NCBI GenBank assembly: GCA_903908245.1
Contig: CAIVRE010000033.1
Coordinates: 18,172 to 82,171, forward strand
DNA: 64,000 bases
From: Candidatus Omnitrophota bacterium
Lineage (GTDB): Bacteria > Omnitrophota > Gorgyraeia > Zapsychrales > Fredricksoniimonadaceae
Direction: 5' to 3'
Below the pieces are notes generated by a model. It made no database searches, was not told the origin of the DNA, and saw only the letters and a program-made list of their open reading frames with translations. Numbering within the stretch: position 1 is the first letter of the stretch; the number at the start of each line of letters is the position of its first letter. The position numbers and the translations under genes are program-made. Below, piece after piece: positions 57,555-64,000 of the stretch.

Positions 57555-58931
57555 ATGCGAAAAACAGGCAAGTGTTTCTTGGCAATTCTCATGTCTGCTG
57601 TTTTTTCTTTCGGATACGCGATGCCCGCGGGGGCCCAGGTCACGCTTGAGGACCTGCTCAAGCGCGTCGAAGCGCTGGAGGCGGAAAACACCTCATTAAA
57701 AGCGGAAGTCGGCGCGCTTAAGGGCGCCCAGGCGTCACAGGCCGCGGACGTGGCTGAAGTGAAGGCTAAGGCCGTGTCCGTGGCGGCCGCACCGGCGGCA
57801 TCAGCCGCGCCATCGGGTAACTTTCTTAAGACCGGGCTGGATATTTCGCTTTTTGGTTTCCTGAAAGCGGATGCGATTGTTTCAAGCCGTGAGATGGGGA
57901 CCGGCAATTTAACGGTCACTCAGACGAATGCTCAGCGTCCGACGGCGGCTTACGGGGATGATCCGCAAACGCGCATTATCGGGTCGGATACCCGCCTGGG
58001 GCTCAATATCAAGGCGCCTGATATGGATAACGGCGGAAAATTGACCGGCAAGTTCGAGATGGATTTCGGCAGTTCCAACACCACGCAGGGGAATTACACG
58101 CCTCGACTTCGCCTGGCTTATGCCCAGCTGGATTTTGACAAGTGGGGTGTGAACGGCGGTCAGAATTGGGATATTTTTGCGCCGATCAATCCCAACACGA
58201 TCTCTCCTGGCATTCTTTATCGGGCGGGGAACCTTGGCACCCGTCATCCGCAGGCGCACCTTATTAACAAGTGGGGCGATGTCCTTGGCGGTAAAGTGAC
58301 GTCCAAGGTGGGTATTATTGATTCCGAGGATACGACCCAGGAAGATTCCGGGATACCGGTTGCGGCCGCGTATGTGGGGTACGAGAAGGATATCCTTGGG
58401 GTAAAATCCACTTTTGGTGTCGGCGGAATGTATGGGAAGCTGAATCTGGGAGGTTCCGGTACGGATAATGAGGACATTTATGCCACAACGGTCGGAATGA
58501 CGCTTAAGTTCACGGATTGGCTGGCGTTCAAGACCGAAGGGTTCGGCGGTGCAGGGCTTAACAAGTTTTATGGCGGACCGACGCAGACAACGGCAGCCAG
58601 CGACCCAACCACTCCGTTGACGCTGGCGAACAGTCCCGGCAAAGCCATCCCTGTCAGAGGCGGGTTTGCGGAATTGACATTTAATCCGATCAAGAAGGTG
58701 GAGACCAATTTTGGTATCGGCCTGGATGATGTCAGCAAGGCTCTGGCGTATACTGCGGCTGACAAGGCGGCTGTCTGGGATTATAACAAAACTTATTATA
58801 CCAACCTGAAATACAGTTTAAGCAAGGACCTGATCGTCGGTATAGAATATCAGAGGTTCAATACGAAATGGATGGATGGCGTGAAGGCGGGCGATAATCG
58901 TATCGATTCAACGGTCATCCTGAAATTTTAA
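57555..58931 (+). CDS. Outer-membrane beta-barrel protein with an N-terminal coiled-coil (DcaP-like porin).
   Basis: Signal peptide, then the coiled-coil LEDLLKRVEALEAENTSLKAEVGALKG, then alternating amphipathic beta-strands ending in a C-terminal Phe (...STVILKF). Confidence 0.5.
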   Translation: MRKTGKCFLAILMSAVFSFGYAMPAGAQVTLEDLLKRVEALEAENTSLKAEVGALKGAQASQAADVAEVKAKAVSVAAAPAASAAPSGNFLKTGLDISLFGFLKADAIVSSREMGTGNLTVTQTNAQRPTAAYGDDPQTRIIGSDTRLGLNIKAPDMDNGGKLTGKFEMDFGSSNTTQGNYTPRLRLAYAQLDFDKWGVNGGQNWDIFAPINPNTISPGILYRAGNLGTRHPQAHLINKWGDVLGGKVTSKVGIIDSEDTTQEDSGIPVAAAYVGYEKDILGVKSTFGVGGMYGKLNLGGSGTDNEDIYATTVGMTLKFTDWLAFKTEGFGGAGLNKFYGGPTQTTAASDPTTPLTLANSPGKAIPVRGGFAELTFNPIKKVETNFGIGLDDVSKALAYTAADKAAVWDYNKTYYTNLKYSLSKDLIVGIEYQRFNTKWMDGVKAGDNRIDSTVILKF

Positions 58932-59002
58932 CCATCCCTGTACCGGGGATAGCGGCAGGCGTTTGAGCGGGACCGGTCACGGGAAATAACGAGGCGCCTG
59001 GA

Positions 59003-60052
59003 ATGGGCTCGGATATAAAACAAAGAATGCCGTCGGATTTCAAGCAGGGCAGCCGGTTTACTTTTGACGGCCGCACATGGGTTGTTACGGAATATACGGT
59101 TTCTCCCGGCCAGGGCGGTTATGACGAACGGCAATGGACCATTCAGGACGAGCAAAACCAGGCGGTGGCGTATCTGCTGGCCTGTGAGTCGGATGACAAC
59201 GGTTTTAACAGCGAACGGTGGGAATTCACCCGGCAGCTTGTCATGTCCGAGGTGAGCAATACCGAAGATAACGGACGGCCGTTCGCGGAACAAATGATGC
59301 CTCGTATCCCTCCGAAGGAAGTGTCTTGCCGCGGGCAGTTGTTCACGCTCAAGGAATCTTATACGACGAAGGCGGAAGATGATGAAGGCAATACAGTGCC
59401 CAAAGAGACGTGGGATTATTTCGACAGCACCGGGGTCAGGAACCTGGCCTTCGAGATCTGGAAAGAGCCGGACAGGGATTATCCCGAGGTTTATTTGGGT
59501 AACATGATCGATCCGGCAGGGCTTGTTTATGCCGGTTCAAAAACTGCTGTGGCTTTGAAGGGCGGGAATGGCCTGTGGGGCGGTTTAATGGTCGTGGGGG
59601 TCCTGTTCATCAGCGGAGTTCCGGGCGACCTGCTTTTGTCCTTTGCTTTGCCGGCCATGGCCCTTGCCGTGGCGTTTTCCCTTTCTCTTGTTTGTTCGCT
59701 GGTGGTGCTCGCGGGCGCCGCGATCAACAGCCTTTTTCTTTTGACGTTCTTTTTTAATATGCCGGGGTTGTTCATCGGAGTGATCACTGTCGGGCTTGTA
59801 ACGGGCAGCGTGGTCCTCGCCGCGTCAATGAACAATGATATCGCACCGCATATCCTGTGGATCTCGGGATTGGCCGCCTTCATTTCGACCATCATTTACA
59901 GTTTTATTGTTTATTTCAGGTTTGCACCGGCTCCGCATAATGTGGCCCAGCTGGGTGCGGTCGTTCTTCTGCCGGTGGTTATTGCCGGGACAACGGCGCT
60001 GGTCAACGGGGGGCTTCGTTATTTATGGCCAAGTATCGAGTCGAACGCATAG
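59003..60052 (+). CDS. DUF4178-like N-terminal domain fused to a C-terminal multi-TM region.
   Basis: 349 aa. The N-terminal soluble domain is about 190 aa (...FTFDGRTWVVTEYTV...), followed by 5-6 hydrophobic helices. Confidence 0.4.
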   Translation: MGSDIKQRMPSDFKQGSRFTFDGRTWVVTEYTVSPGQGGYDERQWTIQDEQNQAVAYLLACESDDNGFNSERWEFTRQLVMSEVSNTEDNGRPFAEQMMPRIPPKEVSCRGQLFTLKESYTTKAEDDEGNTVPKETWDYFDSTGVRNLAFEIWKEPDRDYPEVYLGNMIDPAGLVYAGSKTAVALKGGNGLWGGLMVVGVLFISGVPGDLLLSFALPAMALAVAFSLSLVCSLVVLAGAAINSLFLLTFFFNMPGLFIGVITVGLVTGSVVLAASMNNDIAPHILWISGLAAFISTIIYSFIVYFRFAPAPHNVAQLGAVVLLPVVIAGTTALVNGGLRYLWPSIESNA

Positions 60053-62049
60053 CCGATACCGGGGATATTGCGTTCTATATAGACAATTCATTGCAGCTCG
60101 ATACCCGCGATGAATTTGTATATCATGAGAGCCTTTTTTTACCGCCGGCCGCGCTGGCATCGGCCAGGAACAGCGCGGATATCGACGGATTGATCCTCGG
60201 CGGAGGGGACGGGTTCGGGCTGCGCGAAGGATTGAAATCCCCCCGGCTGCACCGGATCGACCTGGTCGATCACGATCCCGAGGTCATTCGTTTCGCGAAA
60301 GACGGATTGCGTTCTTTTAACAGGTCGTCGTTATATGACCCTCGTGCCTGCGTCCATGTGGAGGAGGCCTCCCGCTTTCTTAATGCGCGTCCGGCGCTCT
60401 ACGATTATATTGTCGCGGACTTCACTTTTCCCGAAGACCTTTCCGGCTGTTCTCTTTTTACCCTGGGTTTTCTTCATGATCTTTCAAGGCGCCTGAAGCC
60501 GAACGGCATTGTGGCGCTCAACACTTTCTCGCCGGAGCGTTCGCCGGAGGCCTACTGGTCTGTTTATCGTACGCTTACCCGGCTTAAACTGCATCCTAAA
60601 CCCTATCAGGTCCGTATCCCTTCGTTTTCAGCGCATGGGTACGGCAAATGGGGGTTCTTTCTGGCATCAACCGCGCCGATCCTGCACAGGGAGGTCCAGG
60701 ATGTCCTTTTTCCTGAGGACCGGCGCTTTATGGCCGGGGATGTTCTTTTAAAAGCAATGTTGTTTGAAAGCAGCCCGGTTTTTCATGGCCTGAATTTCAG
60801 CCGGATCCTCCGCCAGCCGGAAGATCTGCGGGCATTGCTTAATATGTCGGGGATCTTTGCCTCGCTTGGCGGGGCGGATATCGATTTTTCCGGCGACATT
60901 CTGCCGGCCGGGCTCTGGAAGTATTTTTCCGGCCATCCGGAATATATTTTCTTTTCCATGTCGGCGTACTGGAAAGAGCGGGTCTTTAACATCCTTGACG
61001 GACTGGATTGGAACAGGTTCATGGCGGAGGCCGAGAAGTCCCTGGCCAATTATTCCAGGGAGACCGCCGGGCAGGTTCGCGCGATGCTGCGAAGGGTCTC
61101 CCGTCAGTGGAAGGACGGCGATTTCGGGGCTGAATCTTTTCAGCGGGCGTTCCTTGCGCTGATCGCCGTGATCATTGTGATGAACATGCTTTGTCCGGAC
61201 AATGCTTTTGCCAAAGGCTATTACGGCGGGTCCCATGGCGGGTCTTCCGGCGGAGAGGGTACGGAAATAAGCCTTTTGGCCCCGGCCGCGGCGACGGCTT
61301 TTTACAACAGTTACTGGCTCAGCAGCCGTTATGTGCCGGACATGGCCGGCAAGCCGCACAATAAAATGTCTTTTCCGGCCGCGGCCTCTTTCGAGGCGGA
61401 TCAAAAACCGGAACAGGCGTTCTTTGCGTTGAATGACACGACCTACCTTACGAAAGAAGGGGATGTTTTTCAGCTTATTGCACAGACACATTTCTTTTAT
61501 AGAGTGGAAACAGACCGGCTTGTCCTGTATCGGTCCGGGCAGCCGGCGCCGGTCATTGAGCTGGCATTGGACAATGGATCGGCCGTGGCCCTTGGAAAAG
61601 ATATTGAAGTCAACCGCAAGGCGCTGGTGGCGAGCATCCGGCAGTTCGAGCAGTGGCTGGGCTGGTCCGGGCCTGCGGGGGCCATGGTGAAGGAGATCGC
61701 CGAGGAAAAGAAAGAATTGGACGAGTTAATGGCGCTGCAAAAGGTCCTGGACCGGCTTCATCAGAACAATTATTCGGGGTCTTCCGCCTGGTCATCGGAT
61801 GTGCCGGCGAAGAGCATGGCGCCGTCCATTTTTCTGGCAACGGATGGAAGCCTGGTCGTTAAAACCGCCGATGGTGCCTGGAAAAGTTATGTGTTTCGGT
61901 CGTTCACGAATGTGGCCGGGCGGGAAGTGATCCCTTCTGACAGCGCGCTGGATGCCTTTTTTGAAGAACTGTTGTCCGCGGGCGTTAAAACATTAAAGGC
62001 CCAGGACCCGATGCGGGCGTTCATTATGGAAAAAATGGACTGGCGGTAG
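60025..62049 (+). CDS. Spermidine-synthase-like (polyamine aminopropyltransferase fold) protein with a long C-terminal extension.
   Basis: ...IDGLILGGGDGFGLRE... is the GGGDG signature, and ...DYIVADFTFPED... matches the SAM-MTase-fold spacing. It has about 400 extra C-terminal residues including a TM helix. Confidence 0.55.
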   Translation: MAKYRVERIADTGDIAFYIDNSLQLDTRDEFVYHESLFLPPAALASARNSADIDGLILGGGDGFGLREGLKSPRLHRIDLVDHDPEVIRFAKDGLRSFNRSSLYDPRACVHVEEASRFLNARPALYDYIVADFTFPEDLSGCSLFTLGFLHDLSRRLKPNGIVALNTFSPERSPEAYWSVYRTLTRLKLHPKPYQVRIPSFSAHGYGKWGFFLASTAPILHREVQDVLFPEDRRFMAGDVLLKAMLFESSPVFHGLNFSRILRQPEDLRALLNMSGIFASLGGADIDFSGDILPAGLWKYFSGHPEYIFFSMSAYWKERVFNILDGLDWNRFMAEAEKSLANYSRETAGQVRAMLRRVSRQWKDGDFGAESFQRAFLALIAVIIVMNMLCPDNAFAKGYYGGSHGGSSGGEGTEISLLAPAAATAFYNSYWLSSRYVPDMAGKPHNKMSFPAAASFEADQKPEQAFFALNDTTYLTKEGDVFQLIAQTHFFYRVETDRLVLYRSGQPAPVIELALDNGSAVALGKDIEVNRKALVASIRQFEQWLGWSGPAGAMVKEIAEEKKELDELMALQKVLDRLHQNNYSGSSAWSSDVPAKSMAPSIFLATDGSLVVKTADGAWKSYVFRSFTNVAGREVIPSDSALDAFFEELLSAGVKTLKAQDPMRAFIMEKMDWR

Positions 62050-62054
62050 GCTCA

Positions 62055-63077
62055 ATGGAACTGCGGTATCTTAATGCCAAAGACAAGAGCGCGTGGAACA
62101 GCCTTGTGAGCGCGTCTGTGCACAGCGGGTTCATGCAGTCGTGGGAATGGAGCGAGTTCAAGGAAAGTTCCGGGCAAAAGGTTTTTCGGCTGGGGCTTGT
62201 TCACCAGCATGAGCTTGTTGGCGGAGCGATCGTGTATGGCGTTGCGTCCTCGCTGGGGACATCTCCGCTGATCGTGCCCCAGGGGCCGGTGTTGCCGTGG
62301 GGTGATCCGGTGGTCACCCGGGAAGCCCTTGGGATCCTGTTCCAGGAGTTTCGCGGGATCGCGCGGGAGTTCGGGTTCCCGGTCCTGCGCGTCGAACCGG
62401 CATTGCCTGTCGATGTTATGAGGGATTTTTTCCCTGAAGCGCAGCGGGCCCCCATTGATCTTGTCCCAACGCCGAGCCTTGTCGTTGATATCGGCCGCCC
62501 GGATCAGGATATCCTGGCCGGCATGAAACCGAAGGGCCGTTACAATATCAGGCTGGCGGCGAAACAGGGCGTTGAAACGGTCTGGGGAGTGTCGCCGGAC
62601 CTTTTGGAAGAGTTTTACGGCCTTTTTGAATTGACCTGTATCCGGCATCGGTTCATCGGCGAGAGCCTGGAATTCTTTCAGGGCCTTGTCCGTCATCTTG
62701 CGCCCGGGCGGATGGTGCGGATCTATTTAAGCCGTTACCGGGGGGTGGCGACATCCGCGGCGGTCATGGTCTTTTACGGGCGGACGGCAACCTATCTTTA
62801 CGGAGGGTCGCTGCCGTTCTTTCGGCACGCGATGTCGAGTTACGGGCTGCATTGGGCGGCCATGCGGGATGCCCGTGAACAGGGATGCCGGGATTATGAT
62901 CTTTACGGGATAGCGCCGGATGATAATCCTTTTCATCCGTATGCCCGGTTCACGGCTTTTAAAAAAAGGTTCGGAGGGCGTTCTACGGTAAGCGCCGGCG
63001 CGCAGGACACGTTCTTTTATGAACAATTGTCAGACCTTTGGCTTCAACAAATGGATGCTGTTTTATTAAAGAAATAA
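62055..63077 (+). CDS. FemAB-family (GNAT-fold aminoacyl-tRNA-dependent peptidyltransferase-like) protein.
   Basis: 340 aa, ...YLYGGS...GLHWAAMRDAREQGCRDYDLYGI... is typical of the FemABX/acyltransferase fold. Confidence 0.5.
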   Translation: MELRYLNAKDKSAWNSLVSASVHSGFMQSWEWSEFKESSGQKVFRLGLVHQHELVGGAIVYGVASSLGTSPLIVPQGPVLPWGDPVVTREALGILFQEFRGIAREFGFPVLRVEPALPVDVMRDFFPEAQRAPIDLVPTPSLVVDIGRPDQDILAGMKPKGRYNIRLAAKQGVETVWGVSPDLLEEFYGLFELTCIRHRFIGESLEFFQGLVRHLAPGRMVRIYLSRYRGVATSAAVMVFYGRTATYLYGGSLPFFRHAMSSYGLHWAAMRDAREQGCRDYDLYGIAPDDNPFHPYARFTAFKKRFGGRSTVSAGAQDTFFYEQLSDLWLQQMDAVLLKK

Positions 63078-63091
63078 AAAAGGAGATGCGT

Positions 63092-63319
63092 ATGCCGTCT
63101 ATGTTGGGAGAGCTCAGGATGGAACAGGTCATCGGCACGATATTTTACGGTTTGTTGGGTATCGGGCTTTTTCTGGTCGCTTATGTTGTGATCGAGAAGA
63201 TCTGCCCTTTTTCAGTGAAGAAGGAGATCAGCGAGGACCAGAATATCTCGCTCGGGATCATTATCGGTTCTGTCATGATCGGCCTTTCGATCATTATTGC
63301 TGCGGCGATCAAGGGGTAG
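63092..63319 (+). CDS. DUF350-like small membrane protein.
   Basis: 75 aa with two TM helices (...IFYGLLGIGLFLVAYVVIEK...LGIIIGSVMIGLSIIIAAAIKG). RBS AGGAG lies upstream. Confidence 0.45.
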   Translation: MPSMLGELRMEQVIGTIFYGLLGIGLFLVAYVVIEKICPFSVKKEISEDQNISLGIIIGSVMIGLSIIIAAAIKG

Positions 63320-63536
63320 TTGATGGTGGGAGGTCCGGCCGTTCCGGGGGCAGGGCTATCGGGAGCCCTGCCTGATAATTATATTAACTTTTTGTAGTTA
63401 AAATTAATTTAAAGTCGTTCTATTTAAACAACTTATAAAGAATTATAGTAACGTTTTCTTTAAGGCCCGCCTTTAAGCCCCCTCTATAAAAAATATGGTT
63501 TATACTTACTGCGGTGGATCAAAACGGGGACGGGTC

Positions 63537-64000
63537 ATGAAAAGAGCGGTGTCAAAGAATCTCTTGGTGCGGGCATTCCGGCTTGTGATGGCGTGTCTGT
63601 TCTTATTGTTGAACATTTGTCCGTCCCCTGTGTCGGCCCAGGTTATAGTGCAGATGCCTGTTCCAGGAACGCTGGTGTCGTTAAGCCGCCATTTTGAACC
63701 GGCGCTGGCACGCGGGGTACAGATCGATCCCTCCGATCCTTTTCATTTCAATTTTATTATTACGCCTGGCCAGGAGCTTCCTGCCGGGAAGAAACAGGAT
63801 GAATATACCAAACTGATCAAATATTTCCTTGTTTCCCTGACCATCCCGAACAATGACATGTGGGTGAACCTCTCGCCGCTTGAGCATGACCGGATGATCC
63901 CGGAGAATTTCGCGCGCACCGAAATGGGGCGGGACCTGTTGAGCCAGGATTATCTTCTCAAGCAGTTGATGTCCTCCCTCCTTTATCCGGAGCGGGGCGT
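63537..64000 (+). CDS. Paralog of the 1351-aa secreted protein; the 5' part only, as the ORF continues beyond the window.
   Basis: MKRAVSKNLLVRAFRLVMACLFLLLNICPSPVSA (signal peptide), then ...YTKLIKYFLVSLTIPNNDMWVNLSPLEHDRMIPENFARTEMGRDLLSQDYLLKQ, which aligns residue-for-residue with the N-terminal region of the 23663 ORF. Confidence 0.6.
   Translation, partial: MKRAVSKNLLVRAFRLVMACLFLLLNICPSPVSAQVIVQMPVPGTLVSLSRHFEPALARGVQIDPSDPFHFNFIITPGQELPAGKKQDEYTKLIKYFLVSLTIPNNDMWVNLSPLEHDRMIPENFARTEMGRDLLSQDYLLKQLMSSLLYPERG

Overview
This is a chromosomal replication-origin window from a bacterium of roughly 55% GC. A minus-strand block (Tad pilus genes cpaB, a secretin and a fused cpaE/cpaF ATPase; a parvulin PPIase; mdh; a nitrilase-family hydrolase; gyrA; gyrB; a DUF721/DciA-like gene; dnaN; dnaA) converges on an oriC region at about 15.7-16.0 kb. 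Beyond it every gene is on the plus strand: rpmH-yidD-yidC-jag(N-domain only)-parA-parB, ndk, yicC-gmk-rpoZ-coaC, a tRNA cluster (Cys, Leu, Val), thrS-infC-rpmI-rplT-pheS-pheT, rarA, rny-ymdB, gltX plus tRNA-Gln, a MarR-controlled lplT-aas fusion, feoABC, an ars operon, and several clusters of uncharacterised membrane or secreted proteins. The most unusual thing I can see directly is non-coding. Three tRNA genes (Glu, Val, Gln) are each followed by a 130-170 bp element bounded by a direct repeat of the tRNA 3' end, with an inverted tRNA-3' copy at its left end. Two of these elements share a conserved core of about 90 nt whose helices covary, so it looks like a structured RNA. This resembles a family of miniature tRNA-targeting integrative or MITE-like elements, or a tRNA-linked structured RNA; I have no name for it and no integrase is present in the window. 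Other notable points are a secretin with a C-terminal TonB-C domain, an apparent CpaE-CpaF single-polypeptide fusion, a 1351-aa secreted protein with a paralog at the window end, a 186-bp perfect-arm hairpin element, and several small hairpin repeat families.
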